64,000 bases of DNA from Rhizophagus irregularis (taxonomy: Eukaryota): contig NC_089432.1 in NCBI RefSeq assembly GCF_026210795.1, positions 4,154,001 through 4,218,000 of the forward strand, written 5' to 3'. Below the pieces are notes generated by a model that saw only the letters and a program-made list of their open reading frames with translations, was not told the DNA's origin and ran no database searches. Positions 52,601-64,000 of this stretch are shown here, in pieces. A program made the position numbers and the translations under genes. Within the stretch, counting starts at the first letter, position 1. Each line of letters opens with the position of its first letter.

Positions 52601-55600
52601 AAAAACTTTGCATGATTTCATACAAATTTAATGTTTATAACCCCCTTGCTGAACTTCTCAAGTGTAAATATTTTTTACACTTATTGTATATTCATCATAG
52701 TATAAAACTCAGAATATTATGAAATAAATTTGATCATAACAAAAAAAATATTCTCAAATTATAATTCCACAAAGAATCCACACCTCATTTTTTCACCACT
52801 TTATAGCTTCCCTCTTCCATATGGCACTTCACTGTGATGTCTCTTCTGCATCTTCTTAAGAACGTAGATTAGCAATATCTATAAAATAGATAAAGGTGAA
52901 ATGAGCTTTAGGTCCATCAAACACTAACGTCTGTTTTATAGACGGTCTCGTTAAAACTGAACCACTTGTTGTATATGGTAGACAAAGCTAAGTACGTCTT
53001 AAGTCCCCAACCTATACTACAATACCAACCGCCTTAAGTGCTCTTTGATATGATACTGACCTATAAGTTTTCTGGGTGTCGCTAAAAAAAAACTTAAAAG
53101 ACTCACGTACATGTTCACGCTGTCTAAGTATACTACCGGGGAACACAAAAGAAACGTGAGCTACTTTAAAAATTCTTTACGTTGTTTGTTTTGTTTGTTT
53201 AGAAATAGATGATCTTAAGGAATATTAAAATATGCAACAGCGAAAAGAAAAAGTGTATTTGTATACCTCGCGTTTTTCATTTTCGCGTGAGTAATAGTTT
53301 TTTTTGTAGTTATTTTAGTTTTATCTATTTTATCTAATTATACTTTATTCTCCGCAAATACAAGAAACTTTTTTTTTCCAAATATGGATTACATGTTAAC
53401 AAATTTAATTAGTCGTACTACTATCACGTCAAAGTAAAATCAGTTTTCATGTGCAGTTGATGCTGCGGTTGATAGAAATCAAATCAATTTATTATATCAA
53501 TATGGCAAATATAAAATATAATTATGTTACAACTTCCTATTCTATAATAATTATATGAGTCAATATGTGTATAATCCTTTTGAATACATAGTGATTAATA
53601 GTAACTTATTAAAAAATTTAGATCTCTATTATATCAATTAATTTATAGTTATTTAACCTAAAACTAGTAAACTATTATCTTAAAATAGTAAATACATTTT
53701 CAATCTACACCGATTTTTGTGAATAGTTTTGTCATTAGTAGTAGACTTAATATTTTAATTATATAAAACAGATAAGAATTGTGCATATTCAAATTTTAGT
53801 AAATGAATAACTACTTCTCACGAGAATATAACCCATAAAAAATCGATGTATAGAAATAGTCCATTTTACATAAATTTTTAGAATTACATAATGTAATTTT
53901 ATATATAAAGAATTCATGTTTTTTACAGTTTTTTTAGATACCCTATTATATAAATTAATGATTTTGCAAAATTTACTTTAAAAAAATTTTATCCTAAAGT
54001 TATCCTTTTTGTTACTACTGGGTAACCACTTTTATCAATTTTGTTGAATTAAATATTCTTGTTTCTTCTAATAAGACCCTAATTCATTTGATAAAGAAAA
54101 TTTTGATGATTCGATTTAGAATATAATACTTTGCTGAACTTTATTCAGTATTAGAAAAACTTAACCTACTTCACCTATAATTAAAAAATCAAAATTTCAC
54201 ATTGTATTTGATAATAAAGTGATAAAATTTTAATATGCATATTATCACTTTTTTACCTTTCATTTGGTGGCAATGATTTTTCATAAATTTTATTTTCAAC
54301 GAAATACAACAATGGTGGTAGAGTGACCGATGGTTGATCGATAGCCTCAACGCATCCCAATATATTGGTAATATTTAAAATGCAGAAAAAAAAATTAGTA
54401 ATGGAAAATTTTGGTTGGTTAAAATTCAATTGTCTGGTAAGTATTTAAAGTAAATAGATAACTTTACCGTCGCAGTCACGTGACAGTAACAGAATAAAAT
54501 AACGAAATAAATGTGTTATTACCGCCTTATAAATGAAGGTTTGTAACAATAATAAATGTATTGAAATAAATATGAATAAACAATAAATACAAAAATAAAT
54601 CATTAACGAAAAACTATAGTAACCTGCAATATTCCAATAGCAATAATGAAAACAAGCAAAGAAATGTATGGTACATGCAATATTAAATAACTAATAAAGT
54701 AAATAAACTTAATATCAATATTATTATAATATTTTGATAAAATAAAATAGTCAACTTCATTTTCTCGTTATGACAAATAACTTTTTTAAAAAAGTATCAT
54801 GATTTAAGATTGATAGATATTCTCGATAATCTCGATAATCACGCTTTTATATTATGATAGATTTTATCGAAGTCTAACTGTCATAAGATCTAATCTAATC
54901 ACAGTCACAGTTACTAATAACTAAGAGAAAGTCTATATTGTATCACAAAGAGTTTGTACAACTAAAAATACTATAAAAATACCTATTCCCACTTTTTGCA
55001 ATAAATAATCTTTCTCATCTCTAAACTTTCCATATCTAAACTTTTCCATATTACTACCTGAAGCGCTTTCGCAATAAATTTTCCATATAATATACTACTT
55101 GAATATTTTACGCGAAATGTATGACCATTAGTTATAAGTCTTGTAAAAGTTTAAGGCGTCCATGTATGAGTTTAGGAGGAAGAAAAATTGTAAGAGGGAA
55201 AAAAAAATTATTTTCAAGTCATATTAAAAAATTTTATTTCAGTCTCTATTCTGTTTCTCCCTTACCGGCTAAAAGATTAGAAAGTATGTGAGAGAGAAAG
55301 AGAGACCACAAGAGTGGGAAGAAAAAAGTAAGAAGCGAGAAGGAAGAGAGATCCTCTTCTTTTATATGATGATTTTTTTTCGTGCTTCTAACACTTCTCC
55401 CGTATTTAAAATGGATTCTTTTTCTTTCTCTACGTATTTTTTCTTTCTCTACGTAATATCTTTGCTCTAAGTCTTTTCTTTTTCTTTAGAAATGACCTTT
55501 GGATTATAAGAAAACTATAACTGCAAATTACCGGATTTACAAGATTTGATAAACGTGAAAGTAAAATAAGGTAAGAGACCTGTTCCTTACTGTTAACACA

Positions 55601-58600
55601 TGCGTCATCTCAGGATACCGAATCATTATAATTTAATGGTTAAATTATAATGAGGGTGCCGCAAAATCTTCTCTTACATGGCAGGACCATGATAAGGATC
55701 CTCATACGCATATTTTAATGGAGGTTGGAGGAAAGTATGTTAAGTGGGGTGGTTGTATCTGATTGGCGGTCCCTAATAAGGGTGACGTTAAATTCCTTAA
55801 TTCCTATTCGTTTTCTTGATAGACTATTTATAAATTTCCTTTTGCTAATTAATCGTTACAGTGACCCGTGTTACTCATACATCGGTGCTTTTTTTTGTAG
55901 GCAATTTTCTTATGATCATATGATCATATCCTTCTGTTCCTTTCTCATGGTATATTGCTAAGGTCCTTACTTTTAGTAAATTTATTTTTCATATGATTTA
56001 CAGACGGAAGTAAAGCAAGTTAAGAGACCCGTTCCTTCGTCATTATGGTAAAGTTGTTCAACTGCACAACCTAGATAATAATTGTTCTCTTATAAGGATA
56101 TCACAGAAATAATTTTTTTTTTTAAAAAAAAAGTGATTTTTTAATTTTACAGTACTTTTAATTATGAACAGTTAGGGTTCCTTATAATTAAATAATAATT
56201 TACATTTGAATTAATTTTCGTAATTCCTTGCTTGAAATTTGAGATATGCGAAAAAACATGAAACATCAAACATGTATACAAAAAAAAAAAAAGATTATTT
56301 TTAAAAAATATGTAGTCTTCGTTGAGTAATCCATGTTCTAAGAAGTAAGAATTGGCGATTGTATGAACCGAACCAAATGTAATGAAAATTTATAATAAAC
56401 GCAAATATTAATGGTATTTTCAAAACAGTTATTTATTGCGCTATCAATATCATAAAGTTTAAAGAAAAAAATAAAAAAGAAGAATAATATTTCTCGTTCG
56501 TTTATTTTAATATATTCGAAAATGTCTATTCAAATTCATTTTCTTTCTTTAATTAATAAGGACATTACGGTATAACACTCTTACGACACGTTAGAAATTT
56601 TTTTTCACGAAACTATGAAAATATTTAATAAGAAGGATTTCCTAATTTAAATCGCATGATTCGTTTATTCAAATTTTTGACATGATTATGTAATCCGCTC
56701 TTTCGCGTGGTGAAGCAAAAGAATCCGTGATCAATCCGATAACGGTAGAATGAACGTTTACGACCTTCTAACAGTAACGATACGAAATATTCAAAATTCC
56801 ACGTCTGGTAATACTTTTAATTCTGAGATTTCTTCGATTAACATAACTAACATAACTTAAACGTCACATCAATAGTCCCAGCATCTCTGATTGGCCCTTT
56901 GTCTATCTTCGAGAAAAAATTTATATTGTTGGATTATACGGTTCCTTTCCATAACATTCATTTTTACATATATATATATATTTTATTTTTTAAAAATTTT
57001 CTGTTTTTTTTTCTTTTTTTTTCAAAAATTTAAATCTATTTATATATAAGCAGAAAACTGCTATCTCCGATTTTAATTCCTCGTATGCTATAATGAGATT
57101 TTTAAAAGAAAAATAAATTTTTTATTGTTTAACTGGTTTTATAGTAATCAAGAGTTTGAACTTGTTTCTTTTATATGTACGTACGTATATGTAAAATGAT
57201 AAAGATCGACTGGTTCAAACTTTAATCAAGGAGTTTTTTACTAGTAGAACCGTAGAAATAACAGGAATAATATCATAATATTGTGTCAAAAACAATATAT
57301 GCACGAAGTTTGCATATGTATTTAATTAATCACATAAGTGAGAGGGAATACTTTTTTTTTCGAAAAAATAAAATAAAAAATAAAAAAATAAAAGATAAAA
57401 ATAAAGGAAAGAATTAAAATTCAAAAAGGTTCCGAATTCACATTTATGAACAAATCTATAATAATTATTTAATCGTAAAATTTTAAATCATTTATTTACA
57501 ATGTTTTTTTTTCCCTAAAATTTATTTGATTGCAAATACACTGCTCTAAAAATATAGATAAATAAATTGTTTTGATTTTTATATATAGTTTCTTTTATAC
57601 AGTACTTAAACATATTTTATGTCTGACATCATATTATTAAATTAAAATGTCTTTAACATTTAAAATTTAAAAGTGTAAAAATTCAATGCTGCATTTTTTT
57701 CCATTTTTAAAAAATCAATTATAGGAAAAAGCTCAATTATAAAGAGATAATAAATAAGTGAACATAAATCTTAATCTAAAATAAAATATAACAACAAAAC
57801 AAAAGAATAAATAAATATATAATAAATAAAGTTATTAATTTTAGTTGAATAATTAATTGGAACATTTAATTTCTAATTTACATTTTAGAATTTAATCGTT
57901 CAAAAATTTTCTTTCACAGAATTTAAATTTCCATATATAATATTAGAGCTCCATATATCTAATTTGGTAAGAGTCATATTACTCTTAATATTATCACGGC
58001 GAAAGGATTAAAAAGTATACAATCCGTAATATAAATAACATAAATAAGGTCTGTATCTATTAATAAATATTCACTTTTCCTATTCTTTTTCTTATGAAAA
58101 GATGTCAAAATGTCAAAAATTAGATATCTTTGATTAAAAATTTAATATTTTCGAATATATTGCATTAAAATCTATCGTCACTTTCAATTTTAAAGAAATA
58201 ATTCATGAATTAAAATTGATTGGATAATTTTAAATCTGAAAATACAACTTATTATAATAATATAAGTGATATCACAAACTCAGACTCAGAAGAAATTCTG
58301 TCTGAAGAAAAGTTCAAATAGACTCAGAAAGAAATATATAGGGATCAGGTGATGAAAAAATTGGCCGGAATTATAATAATGTCAGTCGGTTACTATAATA
58401 GGAAATAATATTCTGACTGGCATTATCAAAAATTATCCGAAAAGGGAATCAAAATACGTTGACTCTTTTAAATATTTTTCTAGGTCCCCGTCACATCTAA
58501 TTTGACTTATTATGTTAATGTAGTAAAATTTTTGGTATAGCATCCTCTTTCAATATGTAGTATATCAACAAAGTTTGTAATCAATTACATTTATTTAATT

Positions 58601-58971
58601 GGTTAAATTAACAATTTTCGAATTTTTAATTCTGGCCGAAATTTTGTTAATTCTGGCCAAAATCGTAATTCCGGCCTAAATTAATGAAATATTAATTAAT
58701 TAAAATCGGTAATTTTTACTGCCAAGATTCTTTTAAACTAACTAAAATTTTGGCTTTTAAAGCCTATTAAAATATTTTTAAGAGACTTTAATTATCATTA
58801 GCTAAAGTGTTATATATACACCTATTTTTAAAGTATCACCTAAAGTGATCGACAGTTACTGTACTTCCATGCACAATTACGTTTAGTAATACCAGTCTTT
58901 ATAATAAGCAAACTTAAATTGCATGAAAAAAAAAATATTTACTTCGTCAATAAAAATTAAGAAGCCCAATA

Positions 58972-61666
58972 ATGTCTAATAACACTGAGTCCAATATACC
59001 CGTAAATTTTACTGAAAATTCAAATAATGAGTGGATTAATTGGATTGAAGAAGCTATTGCAAAAGATTACTTTAAATATTATGAATTCAATCATTTTAGT
59101 AATTTTAAAGAAATTGGGTTTGGAGGGTTTGGGAAAGTTTATCGTGCGAACTGGAAAAGTTCTCCTAGTTATTTGGCATTAAAATCTTTTTTCAATTTTA
59201 ACAGCGTCACAATTAAAGAAATAGTTAAAGAGATAATAATAATAATTATTATTACCTTATAATTTGTATAACTTCTAATTTAAAATTCTATTTAGCTTAA
59301 AATTCAGCGTGAAGTGGATTTTCATGAGAATATTATTCGTTTCTGTGGTATTACAATAGGTACAATATACTTTCTTTTCATGCATAATTTGATTGTAAAA
59401 TCTAAATTTATTATTTTTTATTTTTTACAAAGAAAATCAAGTTGATAATTCAAAAAAATATTCGTTAGTAATGGAATATGCAGATGGAGGTACTCTTCGA
59501 GAATATTTGAAAGAACATTTTGATAATCTTACTTGGAATAATAAATTTAATATGGCACTTCAGTTTGCTTGTGCTATATTATGCTTACACGATGAAGGAA
59601 TTATTCACCGTGATCTGGTAATTCATTTGTTTACGTTTTGTTATTTCATGTTTGTTGAATTGTAATTAATAAATTTATTGCATTTAATAATATTAATAGC
59701 ATTCTAAAAATGTATTAGTTCATCAAAATATGGTTAAATTAGCTGATTTTGGTCTATCAAAAAGAATTGAAGAATCATCCAACCTTCAATCTTCAACGAA
59801 ATTATTTGGAGTAATTCCTTATATTGACCCAAAAAGTTTTAGTAATCAAGATTATAAATTAAATAAAAAAAGTGATATTTATAGTATTGGAATACTTTTA
59901 TGGGAGATATCTAGTGGCAATCCTCCTTTTTATACTGAAGGTAAACCGTATGACGTTTGTTTAGCAATTAATATATCACAAGGCCTTAGAGAGACACCAA
60001 TTCCCGATACACCCGAAGATTATGTGAATATTTATACTGGTAAATATAATTAATAATTAATTTTATGTTTATATTAATGTTAATTAAATTAATTCTATCT
60101 ATTCTTTTTTAGATTGTTGGAATAATGAACCAGATAATCGTCCAACTATCAATCAGGTGGTCTTTAAATTAAATGCAATTATTCTGAAGAATAATAATAA
60201 CATGATTATAAAAGATTTTCGGACAAATGATTCTTATACAAACCAATTATCCAGTAAACAACAAATCGATTTGAATGCTTTTGAAGATCCTATAAATAAT
60301 CCATCACATGGGGAATTATCCAAATTTATTCAAGAGTTTAACAAGATGAATACTAAAGAAATAGATTCTTCAATATCATCAAATAATAACTTTAAGGTGA
60401 CGGTTGATGAAATGGTTGAACTTTCTAATAAGGCAAGCGTAGAAGCGGAAGAATTAGATAGACTATGTATTTATAATTATCTTAATAATCATAATATGAC
60501 TTCACAGGAAATTTATATTTGGTTATTAAATAATCAAAATTATTCAAATTCTATTGTTTTACTTGGAGATTTTAATTATTTAGGAATTGAAATTAATATT
60601 GATCAAAAAAAGGGCATTTGAATTATATTAGGTAGCTGCAAATTCAGGAAATATTATAGCACAATATAATCTTGGTTGCTGTTATCTATATGAGTATGGT
60701 GTTTATAAAAATTATGATAGAGCTTTTGAATTATTTAAAAAATTAGCTGAAAGAGAATATTCAAATGGAATAAACTGTTTAGGATATTGTTATGAACAAG
60801 AAATTGGAACTGATATTGATGAAAAAAAGGCATTTGAATTATATCAAAAGGCAGCAGATTTAGGAAATGCGACTGGAATGAATAATTTAGGTGATTGTTA
60901 TAAAAAAGGAATTGGAACTGACATTGATGAAAAAGGGGCATTTGGATTATATCAAAAATCAGCAGATTTAGGTAATGCGACTGGAATAAATAATTTAGGA
61001 TATTGTTATGATCAAGGAATTGGAATTGATATTGATGAAAAAAAGGCATTTGAATTATATCAAAAATCAGCAGATTTGGGAAATGTATTTGGAATAAATA
61101 ATTTAGCATATTGTTATGAACAAGGAAATGGAACTAATATTGATGAAAAAGAGGCATTTGAATTATATCAAAAATCAGCAGATTTAGGAAATGTATTTGG
61201 AATAAATAATTTAGCATATTGTTATGAACAAGGAAACGGAACTGATATTGATGAAAAAAAGGCATTTGAATTATATCAAAAATCAGCAGATTTAGGAAAT
61301 ACGACTGGAATAAATAATTTAGGATATTGTTATCAAAAAGGAAATGGAACTGATATTGATGAAAAAAAGGCATTTGAATTATATCAAAAATCAGCAGATT
61401 TAGGAAATGCACTTGGAATAAATAATTTAGGATATTGTTATCAAGAAGGAATTGGAACTGATATTGATGAAAAAAAGGCATTTGAATTGCATCAAAAGGC
61501 AGCAGATTTAGGAAATATTATAGCTCTATATAATCTTGCTTTTATGTATGAGAATGGAAAAGGAATTGTTAAAGATATAAATCAAGCAATTTACTGGTAT
61601 AAAAAATCTGCATTACAAGGAGATCAAGATGCTCAAAATAAATTAGAACAAATTCATGCAAAGTAA
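58972..61666 (+). pseudogene. Kinase-Sel1-repeat pseudogene
   Basis: Kinase motifs present, but the first intron donor is AT (59233-34) where paralogs have GT, there is a +1 frameshift near 60612 and an in-frame TAG near 60629. Confidence 0.8.
60765..61520 (+). repeat. Seven near-identical 108-bp Sel1 repeats
   Basis: GINNL(G/A)YCYxxGxGTDIDEKKAFELYQKSADLGNxx repeated. Confidence 0.92.
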
Positions 61667-63289
61667 ATTGAGAATATTTTTGCTTAAATGTTTTAAATAA
61701 AATACACAAGCAAAATACACTGCTGTTATAGGATTTATTTCATTTGTTTTTTTTTCTTTTATTTATTGTATATTAAAGCAATAGCATTGTTTGCCGATGT
61801 TGCTCATTAATAGCTTTAAAAGATTTATTTAAAATAGATTCATAAGAAATAAATAAATAATAATATTTTTTGTTGACAACTGCTAGTAGATATACACATT
61901 TTTTATGTTTATTTACTAATTGTTAAGTGCAATGTTTAAAATATAATCATGTTGTCGAAAAGATCCGAATTCTTTGGAATTCCACACTTCTAAAGGTAAA
62001 AAAAAATCGGCATTGAGAATTGCTCTTTTAGACTAATTCCGTAATCTGTGCTATATACTTTTCGAAAGAATTAAAACTTTAAAATCTGTAACAAAAGATA
62101 AATTTTTAGATAATAATACGTGCATTACTAGCCAATAATGTAAAAGCGAACATTATTGAGCTTGATGGAGTATTTTCGTTATATTGTTATCACAAGTTAA
62201 AATTTTTACTAGAATCTCCTGGTTCAAATGTAAATCTCAGGGGTAAGTCATTCCGAAGAATTCTTCGGAAATTTCTATCGGCAAAATATATGATTATGTG
62301 TTGAAACTAAATAAAATTTATATCTCATTTATCAGATGTTTTTACATTTTCATTTTATTTATTCGCTATTCGCATTTATTAATTTTGTCATATTAAAATC
62401 AAATTATGGACTTAAAATTTTTTTTTTCATTTAGAAGGATGATCAAACTTTCAGTATTATTAAAATAGTTGCGTTCCGACAGTTACAGCTATAATATCAT
62501 GAATGCAAAAAATTGTTATCTAATTATCTAATGCAAAATTGCCATAGTTAAATTATTTATTAATACTTGTTCAATTCCAACTCCTATAAGTCAATTTTTT
62601 TCCCTTACTTTGATTGTCTTATTCAATCCTACTATCAAATTGTAGCATCAATAATTAATAATTTTCTGATTTCTAGCAAGATTAACATCGTATCTGTGAA
62701 TTATTAATCTTACCGTACATTTATATTATATCATTGTAATACTTTACTATATATTTCTAAACTTTTTTTGATTATTACAAAGAAAAAAAATCCCAATTAA
62801 ATATGAAACAACTGTTAAGAAACGGTTAGTATATTTGATATTATTGTGATTGCACAAGAAAGTTGTTTCTGGAATCATGCGTTAAATCTTTTAAGAAAAA
62901 TAATTCCGAATGCTATTTTAATAATATCTAGTAGATATTACGTTCAATAATTCAGCTATATAATGCTAATAATCACAAAATAAATGTTTGGATAATGACG
63001 TAACAAATGTAATAAAATTCTTAGATGATTCGTAAATTAAGACTTCCTATTAGATAAAAATAATCAATTAATATTGCCCTCGGATGATATTTATTGCTTA
63101 TTTTCTTAGAAGTTATAAAAAGAGAAAAGTTTTCGTTTAATAAATCCTTAATTGACAGATAAATCATTGGTTAAAACAACAAAATATAAAATAATTTTGT
63201 TGATCGATAGATTTTTGGAATATAATTTTGGCGATCTTATTTTTGCGTTTTTTAACCTCCCATTACTTCTCATTATTCCAGACTTATCG

Positions 63290-63670
63290 TCTCCCATTAT
63301 TTTCTATTTTTTTCCATTATCTCTTTTTCTCTCCTGTTTACTTCCCATCATTTCTTTTGTCTCTCATCACTCCTTTTCGTCTCCCATCACTCCTCTTCAT
63401 CTTCCCATCACTTCTTTTCGTCTCCCATCACTCCTTTTCGCCCATCACTCCTCTTCATCACTTCTTTTCGTCTCCCATCACTCCTTTTCGCCCATCACTC
63501 CTCTTCATCTTCCCATCACTCCTTTTCATCTCCCATCACTCCTCTTCATTTTCCCATCAATCCTTTTCGTCTCCCATCACTTCTCTTCATCTCCCACCAT
63601 GTCCTATTTCTTCTTTTTGTTTCCTATCATTACTCCCTTTCATCTTCTATTACTTTCCATTACTCCATTG
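63290..63670. repeat. Pyrimidine-rich minisatellite, about 20-bp unit CTCCCATCACTCCT(T/C)TTC(G/A)T
   Basis: More than 10 degenerate copies of cccatcact-containing units. Confidence 0.85.
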
Positions 63671-64000
63671 TTATTTCATTTTTTTATTAGCATCTTTCTC
63701 CTTGATCATTGTAATTTACTTATCTTTTTATTTATTGTTATTGTTTCTTTTATTTGTTTCACTTCATTAAAAATACAGTAACTTTTTTTCTTTAAAATCG
63801 TAAATGTGTGACTTAAATTTTAATATTTGCAAATAAAATCACATTAGATAAGATTATTTTGAATAAATATGTTTGCAAAAAATTTTTTTTTTTTAAAATA
63901 TCATTTGCGATAAAATTTGATCAAAAATTAGCTAAGTTAAAAAAATCAATATATTGTACATCATGGGACATATTTGAAAAAACCCAAGCGACAATCACCA

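Noticed and set aside
50500..53250. GC-richer patches and short ORFs, possibly a transposon or gene relic
   Set aside because: No recognisable domain, TIR or TSD could be established by eye.
55080..56050. Possible LTR relic with the repeat AAGAGACC(T/C)GTTCCTT near 55574 and 56022
   Set aside because: Repeat too short; no TG..CA ends, PBS or coding evidence.
58340..58850. GGCC-rich repeat sharing about 45 bp with the interior of MITE A (790-840)
   Set aside because: Probably a transposon relic, but its ends could not be resolved.
60735..61481. Minus-strand repetitive ORFs (also 45803-46021)
   Set aside because: Antisense shadows of the Sel1 repeats.
63152..63781. 209-aa and 180-aa hydrophobic ORFs
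   Set aside because: Overlapping stop-free frames produced by the C/T minisatellite; no domain signal.

Overview
Very AT-rich, intron-rich eukaryotic DNA. The gene families (TKL-type kinases with HRDLHxxN, kinase-Sel1 fusions, an F-box/LRR protein, short GT-AG introns) point to an arbuscular mycorrhizal fungus of the Rhizophagus type; this is inferred from family content, not from a search. The window holds seven kinase-Sel1-repeat loci (two clearly pseudogenic, one with two homopolymer frameshifts), one Cys-rich kinase, one intact F-box/LRR gene and several decayed F-box copies. The F-box copies and four of the kinases form a repeatedly duplicated [F-box + kinase-Sel1] cassette. It is riddled with small transposons whose ends could be resolved by eye (hAT-, Tc1/mariner-, Mutator- and Harbinger-type MITEs, poly(A) retroelements, Helentron-like minis), plus a 2.1-kb Crypton tyrosine-recombinase element. 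Three observations stand out. (1) A spliced RPB10 (RNA polymerase common subunit) gene missed by the ORF track carries a 135-205 aa tail with repeated SPxY motifs reminiscent of the Pol II CTD. (2) A kinase carries 28 or more near-identical 108-bp Sel1 repeats that vary mainly at a few helix-A positions. (3) The Crypton's ends are fully resolved and include an internal inverted copy of its predicted circle junction. All alignments were done by eye.
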